Origin: an uncultured Planctomycetia bacterium
GTDB taxonomy: Bacteria > Omnitrophota > Gorgyraeia > Duberdicusellales > 4484-171
DNA length: 64,000 bases
Reading direction: 5' to 3'
Assembly (NCBI GenBank): GCA_964455085.1
Contig: CAYVYJ010000005.1
Span: 21,239-85,238 of the forward strand
Shown: positions 27,647 to 37,378 of the stretch, one piece after another
Layout: each line of letters begins with the position of its first letter
Numbering within the stretch: the first letter of the stretch is position 1
Position numbers and translations under genes: made by a program
The notes under the pieces: model-generated
The model's database searches: none
Seen by the model: the letters and a program-made list of their open reading frames with translations, nothing else
What the model was told of the DNA's origin: nothing

Positions 27647-28684
27647 CTATTTTTTATCGGCTTTGAGTAATTCAATTGCCTTCTTGGCTACCTCATAAGG
27701 ACTGACCGCTATAAGACAAAGAAATCCCTTGAGACAATTATGAGCTAGACACTTAGTGCAACCAGCATCTTTATGAAAATAAAAAGCTTCCTTCCCCAGC
27801 GGACCCCACCTTAACGGGGAAAGTCCAGGATCGCCTCTTCCCAAGATAGAAATTAGCGGAATATTAAGGCTTGAAGCTATATGGACCGGGCCCGAGTCGT
27901 TGGAGATAAAAAGCGCGGTTCGCCTGAACAAGGCTCCCAGCTCAGCAATAGTTAAAACACCTCGTAAATCAATAGCACCGCCCTCCTCAACCAGTCTTCT
28001 TCCGAATTCTCTCTCCGATCTTGAGGTAATTACGACTATCTTAAGGCTGATCTCTTTTTTTAATAATTTAATCAGTTCTAGGAAATGAGTTTGCGGCCAA
28101 CGCTTAGAGGGACAAGATGCTGAAGAATGAATAACAATAAATTTTTCGTCTTCGCCTATGCCCTTAATCTTAAGTATCTCCACCACTCTGCCCCTAGCAT
28201 TGCTGGAAACTGGAAAGTAAGTATCTTTGCATTTAATCGGAATATTTAAGGCTCTTAAAATATCTAAAGTATAATCCAGCTCATGCTTTAAGCCTTCTTG
28301 CTTTCTATGAGGAATCTTTTTGGTAAGTAAAAAACTTAACTTTTTATCCCATCCCACTCGTTCGGGAATCCTAGCTAAAAAAGTAATTAAGTGCGCCCGA
28401 TTTGTGGGGTGCAAAATAAGCGCAAGATCAAAATTCTTCTTACCTAGATAAGCGGAAAATCTAATTGAGGCTCCAAAGCTCTTATCGCGGCCATACTTAT
28501 CATAGGTAATGACCTCATCTAAATAGGGGTTCCCTTCCAAAGCATCCCGGGTATAAGGTCTGCAGAGAAAAGCAATAAAAGATTGGGGTAAAGCCAATCT
28601 TAAGTTTTTAATTACCGGGGTGGAAAGAATAACATCTCCTAAGCGGTCAGTTCGCACGATTAGAATTCGCTTAAAATTAACCAT
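27647..28684 (-). CDS. Glycosyltransferase family 9 (LPS heptosyltransferase-like)
   Basis: RTDRLGDVILSTP, SKRWP, FISNDSGPVHIA, C-terminal Cys cluster. Confidence 0.9.
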   Translation of the reverse strand: MVNFKRILIVRTDRLGDVILSTPVIKNLRLALPQSFIAFLCRPYTRDALEGNPYLDEVITYDKYGRDKSFGASIRFSAYLGKKNFDLALILHPTNRAHLITFLARIPERVGWDKKLSFLLTKKIPHRKQEGLKHELDYTLDILRALNIPIKCKDTYFPVSSNARGRVVEILKIKGIGEDEKFIVIHSSASCPSKRWPQTHFLELIKLLKKEISLKIVVITSRSEREFGRRLVEEGGAIDLRGVLTIAELGALFRRTALFISNDSGPVHIASSLNIPLISILGRGDPGLSPLRWGPLGKEAFYFHKDAGCTKCLAHNCLKGFLCLIAVSPYEVAKKAIELLKADKK

Positions 28685-29576
28685 TAGCCAAAACCTTCTT
28701 TATTGCTTCCACCACTTCTTCCGGTCTTACCCTAGGCGGACAAAGTTTTCCTGCACCGGTATCTTTACTGCGCAGTACCTGCGAGTTTCTTGACCAGGGA
28801 CCGTAGATGGCCGGATTAGTCGGGCCAAAGATAGCAACAATCGACAGGTTAATATAACTGGCCAGATGCATAAGACTTGAATCAACACAGAGAAGTATCT
28901 GGGCATAATTGGCCAGCAAATAAAAAACCTCAACTACCGTGGTCTTGCCTACTAAATCAACTACTCCTTTTAGAGTTAGGATATCTTTATAATATTCCCG
29001 GTCCCGCTCCTCACCTAGAATAACTAATTTATAGCTACTCCCTAATTTCTTGACTACCGAAATTAAATACTGATAAGGATATTGTTTAAGCTGCGAGTGT
29101 GAGGAACAAGCGATGAATATAGACTTTTTTAAATTTTGAGCCTGCCAGCGTGCCTGCTCAGATCCAGTAAGACTGAAACTACTCCTTACTTTAGCCTTGG
29201 CCGGAGCAATTTTGTGGATAAGCTTAAGGTATCTATCCTTAACGTGCATATCTTTAGAGGTCGGCCGCCAAAAAGGTGTCCTGCGCCATAGACCTAAGAC
29301 AACCGGGAGAAATGAGTTCTTTAAATCAACAATTAAGTCATACTTACCTCTTAGTTTAAAACAAAATCGGATCTTCTCTGCAGGGCTAAAGGACTTCTTA
29401 TATAAAATAGTTTGATCAATAAGGTTATTGCTGAACAAAAAATCATCAGTTTTCGGTGAGCTAATAGCCGAAATTTTAGCTTGAGGATAGTTAGCCTGTA
29501 ACCGGTCTAAGACCGGTAAGCCAATAATTGCATCACCCAAATTGGTGGGAAAATTTATTATTATCTTTTTAACCAT
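28677..29576 (-). CDS. Glycosyltransferase family 9
   Basis: PTNLGDAI, VDLVGKT, DSSLMHLA, IFGPT; start moved to ATG 29576 (overlaps the upstream stop). Confidence 0.85.
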   Translation of the reverse strand: MVKKIIINFPTNLGDAIIGLPVLDRLQANYPQAKISAISSPKTDDFLFSNNLIDQTILYKKSFSPAEKIRFCFKLRGKYDLIVDLKNSFLPVVLGLWRRTPFWRPTSKDMHVKDRYLKLIHKIAPAKAKVRSSFSLTGSEQARWQAQNLKKSIFIACSSHSQLKQYPYQYLISVVKKLGSSYKLVILGEERDREYYKDILTLKGVVDLVGKTTVVEVFYLLANYAQILLCVDSSLMHLASYINLSIVAIFGPTNPAIYGPWSRNSQVLRSKDTGAGKLCPPRVRPEEVVEAIKKVLANG

Positions 29577-30579
29577 TGACCAGTATCCTCTTAACTGCTG
29601 AATAAACTTGATCAACGCTTAAGCCTTTTAGGCAAATATTATCTTTGCAATCTAACTTATAACAGGGAATCTGGCAATCAACTTCGTTCCGAATTACCTT
29701 TACCTTTCTGCCTCTAGGTGAGGTAGCTTCCGGTGAAGTAGGCCCAAAGATGATTAAGGTATTTACCTCAAGAGCTGCGGCCAGATGTCCCGGGCCAGAG
29801 TCATTAGAGATAAAAAGTTCCATATTCCTAATCAAAGCTCCTAGCTCCTTAAGTGTAGTCTTACCGCAGAAGCTAAAAGACTTCTCTTTCATCTTGGCTT
29901 GAACCGCCTCAATAACTGATCGCTGGTTTTCTTCTCCCACAAAGATAATCGCCGCTCCTAAATCTCTAGCTAAACAGTCGGCCAAGGCCGCAAAGTAGCT
30001 CCCTGGCCAACGCTTAAGCTCCCAATTAGCTGAAGGGTTTATGCCGATCAAATAAGCATGGCTGGTACGTATTGATTTTAAATTATCAATGATCTTTTCT
30101 TTAATTTCTCTAGGCATAAAAAACTGGGGATACCTATCGCTAATCACAATACCGGCTTGTTCAAAAAGATAAAGATAGTGATCCTGACGGTGGGTTAAGG
30201 ATTTCTGAGGTTTTATCTTTCGATTAAGAATAAAAGCATTCTTCAGGCGCAGATAACCAATCCTTAATTTTATCCCGGCCAAAAAACAAATCAGGGCCCG
30301 GGTAAATGAGCGATGAACAAAAAAGACTGTATCAAATCTGCTTTTCTTCAAAAACTTAATCAATCTTAATTTAGCTAAAAACCCTTTATGTTGACCTCGC
30401 TCATCAAAAACTATCACCTGATCAATGTAGGGATTATCCTCAAATACTTCCTTTACCCTTTCTACGACCATAATCCCTAAGTAGGATGCCGGGAATTTTT
30501 TCTTTAAGGCTTTAAATGCCGGAGTGATCAGTAAGGAGTCCCCCAACCAGTTTACGCCTACTACTAATATTCGTTTCAT
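29569..30579 (-). CDS. waaF: LPS heptosyltransferase II (GT9)
   Basis: NWLGDSLLITP, KRWP, GKTTL.EL, ISNDSGPGHLAAA, FGPT, C.PC...C...C. Confidence 0.8.
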   Translation of the reverse strand: MKRILVVGVNWLGDSLLITPAFKALKKKFPASYLGIMVVERVKEVFEDNPYIDQVIVFDERGQHKGFLAKLRLIKFLKKSRFDTVFFVHRSFTRALICFLAGIKLRIGYLRLKNAFILNRKIKPQKSLTHRQDHYLYLFEQAGIVISDRYPQFFMPREIKEKIIDNLKSIRTSHAYLIGINPSANWELKRWPGSYFAALADCLARDLGAAIIFVGEENQRSVIEAVQAKMKEKSFSFCGKTTLKELGALIRNMELFISNDSGPGHLAAALEVNTLIIFGPTSPEATSPRGRKVKVIRNEVDCQIPCYKLDCKDNICLKGLSVDQVYSAVKRILVNG

Positions 30580-30596
30580 GATTTAATCTATAGTAA

Positions 30597-31367
30597 TTAA
30601 TAAGGTTTTTTTGGCTTGCGAAAGACATTGTAGAATCCACTTAATTTGGCCCAGAGTCTAAACCCTAAATCGCGATTAGTAACCTTGATTCTTCTTAAAG
30701 CAAACGGTTCTACTTCCCGGGAGAAGCCCCGATTGGTAGTGCAGGCGCAGAGATAGCCAGCTCGCTGAACCTCATCTAAGAGTGTCTGATTAAAACCCCC
30801 TATAGGATAAGAGATTACTTTTATATTTTGCGGGAAATATTCTTCCAGTAGTTTTTTTGATTGAAAGACCTCCCTTTGCATCCTGGCTATCCCCTGATCC
30901 GGTAGATAAGCATGGGTTAAAGTATGTGAACCGATACTACCACCGCTACTTTTAATAAGGGAACGAATATCTTCTTTAGATAAATATCCCTCTTCTCCAA
31001 TTCTATCAGCAATTAAAAAAAATATTGCTGGATAATCGAATTCGTTTAGTATTTTTATTGCTTTAAGATTATCCTTATAGCCATCATCAAATGTTATTAC
31101 TACTAAATTTCGGGGAATTGGTTGGGAGCTCTTAAGTAATTGACAATAACGTCTCAAAGAAATTACCTTGTGCCCGCCGGTTCTAATAAATTCCATCTGT
31201 TGTTGAAACACTTCGGGGTCTACGGCAGCATAAGTTTCTACACGGGCTTTATCTAGAGAGTGGTACATTAATATCGGAGTTGTGTAATTCTGATTAAGAT
31301 AAATTCTAAATGAGCTGAATAAGGCAGCAGGCAGGAGTAAAAATATTACCAGTTTTTTCATTAGCAA
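30597..31367 (-). CDS. Polysaccharide deacetylase (CE4)
   Basis: PILMYH, ITFDDGY.DN, GSHTLTH, SYP.G. Confidence 0.9.
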   Translation of the reverse strand: MLMKKLVIFLLLPAALFSSFRIYLNQNYTTPILMYHSLDKARVETYAAVDPEVFQQQMEFIRTGGHKVISLRRYCQLLKSSQPIPRNLVVITFDDGYKDNLKAIKILNEFDYPAIFFLIADRIGEEGYLSKEDIRSLIKSSGGSIGSHTLTHAYLPDQGIARMQREVFQSKKLLEEYFPQNIKVISYPIGGFNQTLLDEVQRAGYLCACTTNRGFSREVEPFALRRIKVTNRDLGFRLWAKLSGFYNVFRKPKKPY

Positions 31368-32431
31368 ACCTCTTGATAGACTCCTTCGGTATCGATTGCC
31401 ATTCGGGATGCTGAGAAGTAACCAGCATCTTTGGCGGCCTGATTTACAATTTTTCTCACCAACTCCGGATTAGTAATAATCTCTTCTATCGCTCCGGCTA
31501 AAGTAAAACTATTATAGTGATAGAATAAAAATCCGTTCTCACGATTCTTTATAATCTCAGCAATCCCTCCGGTATTGTAACCAATCACCGGAACCCCCTT
31601 AATAAAAGCCTCAATAATAGAATAACCAAAACCTTCTTTCCGGGAAGGTACCAGGAGTAGATCTACAATATCAAGAAATTGGTTAGGTTGACAATTAATA
31701 AACTTAACTCTTTCTTCTACCCCTACTTTTTTTAAATATTCTCTGAGATTATTCTCATACTTACCCTTACCGGAAACCAAAAGATAGATATTTTGATACT
31801 TAGGCTTAAGTTTAGCAATTGCTTCGGCAGCCAAAAAATGTCCTTTTTCTGCAGAAATCCTACTTAAAATTCCAATCAAGTAATCATCTTTGCTAAAACC
31901 CCAGTCGCCCCTTTTAGCTTCTTTGATCAAAAAATCATCTTGATTAATGCCGTTATAAACAACTTTTATCTTCTCCCTGGCTATATCTAAATCTCTTACT
32001 AAATGTTCAGCTACTGCCTCACTTACAGCAATAGCTATTGTGCCAGAGAATTTAAGCCGGCGCCGAAAGATTGAGGGGCGGTAAAAACCATGATAGGCAC
32101 TGATATAAGGAATTTTGAATCGTTTAGAGATAAGAAAACCTAAAAATTGAGTCACCCGGGTGTTGCAATGCACTAGATCGATCTTTTCTTGAGTGATAAA
32201 TTTAGCTAAGGCTTTGAATGATAAAAGAATTTTTATGCTGCAAATAGACTTGGTTTTAATCGGAATCTGCTTGTAACCCACGTCGCTACTATTTAACTTA
32301 CCCACCCACTCGCCCCCAGAACAGGCCACCCAAACACTATGCTTTTGTCGCTTAAGGGCACAACTTAAGTTAAGAACATAACGGGAAATACCTCCGGGAT
32401 TAAGGTGGGTGGTGAGAATTAAAATATTCAT
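31361..32431 (-). CDS. Glycosyltransferase family 4
   Basis: GGISRYV, AVSEAV, VYNGI, KGH, PSRKEGFGYSIIEA. Confidence 0.9.
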   Translation of the reverse strand: MNILILTTHLNPGGISRYVLNLSCALKRQKHSVWVACSGGEWVGKLNSSDVGYKQIPIKTKSICSIKILLSFKALAKFITQEKIDLVHCNTRVTQFLGFLISKRFKIPYISAYHGFYRPSIFRRRLKFSGTIAIAVSEAVAEHLVRDLDIAREKIKVVYNGINQDDFLIKEAKRGDWGFSKDDYLIGILSRISAEKGHFLAAEAIAKLKPKYQNIYLLVSGKGKYENNLREYLKKVGVEERVKFINCQPNQFLDIVDLLLVPSRKEGFGYSIIEAFIKGVPVIGYNTGGIAEIIKNRENGFLFYHYNSFTLAGAIEEIITNPELVRKIVNQAAKDAGYFSASRMAIDTEGVYQEVC

Positions 32432-34485
32432 CGTTTAAGTATTTCCTTAACTTTTGTAAACACTCTCTGGGGTGATATTTTGGCCAAACAACTATTCTGC
32501 TCCCCTAATCCGCATTTTGGCCTGTAGCAGAAAGAACAAGGCATTTTTTCACAAAAAACATAGAGGTTACTACTTTTAACTGTGTGACGTTGCGGCGATG
32601 TCGGGCCAAAAAGGGCAATAGTAGGAGTACCTAAAGCTAAAGCTAAATGCAAAGCAGCAGTATCAGGGGTAATAAATACTCTTAATCTTTTAATTACCTG
32701 AGGTAAGGTACGTAAAGTAGTCTTCCCGCAAAGATTAAGTGCTGGCGGCAAAACAGATTTTTCGATTTTTCTTGCTTCTTCCTCTGCCGTCTTATCACCG
32801 AGAAGAACTGCCCGAGAGCCGGGAAAGTTTTTATGAATTAAATCAACTAACTTTAAAATATGTTCGCGAGGCCAGTTTTTTGACTGCCACTTCCGAGAAG
32901 CTGCTATATTTATTCCAATAAGTTCAAGCTGCGGCAAGACAATCGGCTGTTCCGGCTCCTGAGGCCAGAAAACTAACTTTTTCTCAGCAAATTTAATGCC
33001 CAGAAACTGTAATACCCTCTCTTGAGAAACCAGGGGAGAGTCCTGACGGTTAAACCTGGCTCTTTTGGTAAGTAAAAACCCGCACTTTTTGGCATAACCA
33101 AAGGAGTAGCGGGGAAAACTTAAAAAAGCTATTAGATGTGAAGAACGACTGTTCTGCAAATCCACTATGTAATCAAAGGAACGACGCTGCAAATTACCCA
33201 CGATCTTAAGAATATTCTTAAACTTTTTATATTTTTCTTCCAGAGTAATAACCTCATCAATATAGGGACAATCATAGAAAAGAGCGTGGTATTTCTTTAA
33301 AGTTAGAAGAGCGATGGAGCTTTGCGGGAATTTATCGCGTATCTCTTTTAAAGAAGGTAAGCTTAAAATTAAATCACCTAAAGAAGAAATCTTAATTACT
33401 AAAATCCTCTGGGTATTTAAGGTCTTAGTATAAACTTCTTCGGTCTTATGTAAACACTCATCCATAGTATACTTTTGCTCTACTTTCTGTCGGGCTTCTT
33501 TTACTAACCCTTGGGCAAGGTTAGTGTCGTTGAGTATCCTTAAAATAGCGTCGGCTATAGCCTCACTATTGCCAGCCTCAACTAAAAGACCATCCTTGGC
33601 CTCATCAATTATCTCCTTGAATCCTCCCACAGCCGTAGCAACAACCGGAACCCCACAGGCAAAAGCTTCAATAACTACTCTTCCGAAAGACTCCTCGATC
33701 ACCGAAGGTGCAACCAAAATACGGGCCCCGGCCAAGACTTGCCCAACATCTGGGGTAAAACCCACAAATTCCACATTATAATTTAGAGAGAAGCGGCTAA
33801 CCAGAGTCTTTAAGTGCTCTAAATACCTTAATTTTGACTTATCGGCCGCACCGACTATCTTTAATTTCAAATAAGGATTAAACCTGACCACTTTTTTAAA
33901 CCCTTTGATTAAATGTTCATAACCCTTGGTGGGAGAAATCCGTCCGATACTAACGATATTATTGAGCTCTTTGCGATTCTTATAATCAATAAAATTAAAA
34001 TTATCTAAATCAACCCAACGGCTGATAATTCTTATCTTCTCTTCGGGAACTCCGAATCGGGTTTTCATCTGACGGACCACTACCTGAGAAGGAGCAATAA
34101 CAAATTTTCCCCAACCCATAACCTCACTAAATAAACGATTTTTATAAATCCCATGGGCGGTAGTAATAAAATGGCTGAGCGTGGCCCGTGAGGCAAAAAA
34201 GCTTATCCAACCCGGTACCCGGCTGCGGGCATGAACAATATCTATTTTTTCATCCTTGATAATCTTCTTCAAACGCCCGACAAGAAACAACCCCAGAGGT
34301 GATTTTCGATAAACCGGTAAAGTATAGTGCTTAATCCCCATAGCCTCTAACTCGCGGGCTAATTGGCCTCCTCCACTGACGATAATAGTGGTAAGACTCT
34401 TTCCCTTGAAAAACTTTGCCAAATCATAAACTCCTCGCTCAACACCCCCGACATCCATCCGTGGAAGAACCTGCAATACTCTCAT
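32428..34485 (-). CDS. Fused GT4 + GT9 glycosyltransferase
   Basis: N-half GGVERG...HARSR...EESFGRVVIEAFA (GT4); C-half KISSLGDLIL...KNWP...DTAALHLA...FGPT (GT9). Confidence 0.88.
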   Translation of the reverse strand: MRVLQVLPRMDVGGVERGVYDLAKFFKGKSLTTIIVSGGGQLARELEAMGIKHYTLPVYRKSPLGLFLVGRLKKIIKDEKIDIVHARSRVPGWISFFASRATLSHFITTAHGIYKNRLFSEVMGWGKFVIAPSQVVVRQMKTRFGVPEEKIRIISRWVDLDNFNFIDYKNRKELNNIVSIGRISPTKGYEHLIKGFKKVVRFNPYLKLKIVGAADKSKLRYLEHLKTLVSRFSLNYNVEFVGFTPDVGQVLAGARILVAPSVIEESFGRVVIEAFACGVPVVATAVGGFKEIIDEAKDGLLVEAGNSEAIADAILRILNDTNLAQGLVKEARQKVEQKYTMDECLHKTEEVYTKTLNTQRILVIKISSLGDLILSLPSLKEIRDKFPQSSIALLTLKKYHALFYDCPYIDEVITLEEKYKKFKNILKIVGNLQRRSFDYIVDLQNSRSSHLIAFLSFPRYSFGYAKKCGFLLTKRARFNRQDSPLVSQERVLQFLGIKFAEKKLVFWPQEPEQPIVLPQLELIGINIAASRKWQSKNWPREHILKLVDLIHKNFPGSRAVLLGDKTAEEEARKIEKSVLPPALNLCGKTTLRTLPQVIKRLRVFITPDTAALHLALALGTPTIALFGPTSPQRHTVKSSNLYVFCEKMPCSFCYRPKCGLGEQNSCLAKISPQRVFTKVKEILKR

Positions 34486-36290
34486 AATAATTTCCTCAAA
34501 GCCTTCTTTACCGTTTTCTTATTCCGGTCAAAAATTAACGATGTCTTTAATTTTACTGAATCTAAATCAAATGGCTTCCTTAAAAAGCTAATTTCTTCTT
34601 CCATTGACCCTAGAAAAACTTTCCGTTTATCATCTTCAGGCTCTAAAGACACACAGACACAAGGTTTCTGCAAAGAAGCGATCTCTGAAACCATTGAAAC
34701 ACTCTCACTGCTTACCAGAACGATATCAGCTAGACCTCCGAACCCCTCAAAAACAAAATCGTAATTATTCCTATTAGCTATGACCAAGGCTTCTAAGTTT
34801 TTAAAATTGGCTAATTCCTCTTCCAGGTAATTTTCCGCCTCCTTGGGTGTACGTCTAGAGGTACTAATCAAAAGTTTATAGCCCTTTTTTAAGGAAAATT
34901 CCTTTAGTTTGGGTATAAGAATCCGTAAATTATCGATAAAACTCTCTGGCTCGGATACCGGACCACCAAGAAAGAACGAAATCTTCTTACCGCTACTTAG
35001 GTTAAAAAATTCCCGGCACTTTTTCATTTTAGCCTGAAAATCATCTGGATAAAAGAGTGCGCCTTTAATCATTGTTGCGCTGTCAGCCTGAATCCGATCA
35101 TGTTCGGGAATAATTGCTAAATCAAATTTGCGTAAAGATGTATTGGGCCGTAAGATTGTAACTGATTTTGCCCCCAAGTATGATGAAAAGAGATTATTTA
35201 TCGGTGCAATAAAACTTCCGGCACTTACTACGATATCAGCCGAGATTCGATCCAATGCCTGCCAACTCTCCTGATCCAGCAAATAAGTTAAGAATTTACC
35301 ACAACTTAAACAATTTTTAGGAGCAAAATAAACAGCAATATCAGCAAGCATGCGCTTAAATTTATCTTTATACCTGACTTCGATAATCTTACTCCTTATC
35401 GGCTGCCCTTCTTCAATCAACAACGACAGAAAAGCTTTTGCTTGCTTAAGATGCCCTGGTTTACCGTCACTTATTATTAAAACATCACGATTTATCTTAC
35501 GCTTGAACCGTTTGTAGTACCAAAAATACTCCCAGGGATATTTACGCAAAATATTCTCATAAATTTTATTTAATTCAGTTAAAATCTCTCGATCATCTTT
35601 ATTCCCAACATCAATAGCGCTGTTTATCTCTAAACTGTGCGAAAAGTTTTTCTTACGCCGGCAAAAGGTTGTGTATATTTTCTTATTAAATTTGCGGGCC
35701 AGGTAAACTGCTCCTTTAGGGGTGGGAACCAAGTGGGAGAAAAACTCTATCTCTAAGGCGTCAGCCTCAGCTCCATGGTCTATCACTACACCGACCATGC
35801 CATCTTGACGTAAAACCTTAATCAACTCCTTTAAGGTAAAACATACTTTGATTTTTTCTCCTTGTCGCAGTTGATTTAAGAATTTATCTAATCCGCTGTG
35901 CTTTTGCTGCTGGGCAAAAACAGCAAATTTATGTCTCTGGGCCCAACAGGAAATTGCCAGTTCCCAATTTCCGGCATGAATCCCTACGAATATCCCACCG
36001 CCAGGATAAAGGTTTGTTTTCTGATCCAGGTTAATGTACTCATATATACGGGGGATGATCAAACTCTCAATTACCGTTAAGCCAAAGTGGTTAAAACTTT
36101 TTTTCAAAATCGAATCTATTTCCCGTTTAGTCTTATCCGGAAAGGCTGACTTGATATTTCGAAAGGCAACCCCTCTTTTGCGTCCGTTACAATAGAAAAA
36201 CAGACCAATTAACCGGGCAGCCAAAAGCGCAGCCCCTAAGGGTAATCTTAATAAAATTAGTCGTATTAGTTTCAACAGCTGATATATCAT
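34482..36290 (-). CDS. Fused lipid A acyltransferase (LpxL family) + ELM1/GtrOC1-family domain
   Basis: N-half HAGNWE, VIDH, PWEYFWYYKRFK; C-half ISDGKPGHLKQ, IPEHD, STSRRTP, ESVSMVSE. Confidence 0.82.
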   Translation of the reverse strand: MIYQLLKLIRLILLRLPLGAALLAARLIGLFFYCNGRKRGVAFRNIKSAFPDKTKREIDSILKKSFNHFGLTVIESLIIPRIYEYINLDQKTNLYPGGGIFVGIHAGNWELAISCWAQRHKFAVFAQQQKHSGLDKFLNQLRQGEKIKVCFTLKELIKVLRQDGMVGVVIDHGAEADALEIEFFSHLVPTPKGAVYLARKFNKKIYTTFCRRKKNFSHSLEINSAIDVGNKDDREILTELNKIYENILRKYPWEYFWYYKRFKRKINRDVLIISDGKPGHLKQAKAFLSLLIEEGQPIRSKIIEVRYKDKFKRMLADIAVYFAPKNCLSCGKFLTYLLDQESWQALDRISADIVVSAGSFIAPINNLFSSYLGAKSVTILRPNTSLRKFDLAIIPEHDRIQADSATMIKGALFYPDDFQAKMKKCREFFNLSSGKKISFFLGGPVSEPESFIDNLRILIPKLKEFSLKKGYKLLISTSRRTPKEAENYLEEELANFKNLEALVIANRNNYDFVFEGFGGLADIVLVSSESVSMVSEIASLQKPCVCVSLEPEDDKRKVFLGSMEEEISFLRKPFDLDSVKLKTSLIFDRNKKTVKKALRKLL

Positions 36291-36310
36291 CGCATTCCTT
36301 GCAGAAAACT

Positions 36311-37354
36311 TTAATTAACTCTTCTGGTTAATCTCTTCTCTGCTGCCGCCAAAAATCCCGCTTCATCTTCTATCTCCAAATCAACCTCAAGAATAAAAAT
36401 GTTTAGCCGGTGAGCTAGAGTTGGAAGATGGAATTTATCTTTATAGGTAATCACCAAATCATTAATTGAATTTTTGATCAAACTATCCTCGAGTTTGCGA
36501 AATTCAGAAAAGCTTAATTGATGATGATCAGGATAAACTATTTTCTGCACTAAGTTTAAATTAAGCTCTCTTAACTTATTAAAGAATCCTTGAGGGTAAC
36601 CTGTAGCCGTAAATACTCCTAAGCGCCGGTTGGCTAGAAAATCAATCCCAAACTTATTGCCGGATAAATCTATAAATCCCTTAGGTTTATATTGTGAAAA
36701 ATAAACCTTAAGCTCCGGGGCAATCTTTAAAACTGCCCCCTTAACAGCCTCACGGTCACTCATTTCCTCGCTGTAATTTAAAATTAAAATATCGGCTCTC
36801 TTTAATGAACTCAAGGGTTCACGAAAAAAATAAGCTGGGATTAATCTTTGTTTTCCATAGAAATCCCGTGAACTCATTACAACAATATCAACCTCTCTTC
36901 CAAGACTGCGGTGCTGGAAGCCGTCGTCAAGAATAAAAAGGTCAAAGGAGCCTTCTAATTGCTTAGCTAGTTTACTCCGCTTGGGCCCTGAGAAAACACC
37001 CGAAACAGCCGGCCGGTTAGAAGTGGCTATCTTTTCTTTAAGCAACTTGCCTTCATCTTCTCCATAACCACGACGCAATATTGCTACCTTACGCTCAAGA
37101 CATAGACGATTATAAAGCCATAGACAGAGGGAAGTTTTCCCGGAACCAGACCAGGAGAGGCCTCCCACACTAATAACCTTTGCCCGGGAGAAGAAAACCG
37201 GAATAATTTTTCGCTGATAGAGAAAATTTCGCAAAAATACTATTGCCCCATAAATCCAGGAGAAAAAACAAAGCAGGGCATAAGCCAGTATCTCGAAAAC
37301 ATTTTTTTTGTCTTTATCTATGAAGGTTAAATAACCTTGCTTTAGCTTCGACAT
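36311..37354 (-). CDS. lpxK: Tetraacyldisaccharide 4'-kinase
   Basis: VISVGG...GSGKT, RGYG.DE, ILDDGFQH, REP, YPDHH, TYKD; follows waaA. Confidence 0.88.
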   Translation of the reverse strand: MSKLKQGYLTFIDKDKKNVFEILAYALLCFFSWIYGAIVFLRNFLYQRKIIPVFFSRAKVISVGGLSWSGSGKTSLCLWLYNRLCLERKVAILRRGYGEDEGKLLKEKIATSNRPAVSGVFSGPKRSKLAKQLEGSFDLFILDDGFQHRSLGREVDIVVMSSRDFYGKQRLIPAYFFREPLSSLKRADILILNYSEEMSDREAVKGAVLKIAPELKVYFSQYKPKGFIDLSGNKFGIDFLANRRLGVFTATGYPQGFFNKLRELNLNLVQKIVYPDHHQLSFSEFRKLEDSLIKNSINDLVITYKDKFHLPTLAHRLNIFILEVDLEIEDEAGFLAAAEKRLTRRVN

Positions 37355-37378
37355 TAGATTATTCTTTCCGCTTAAACC

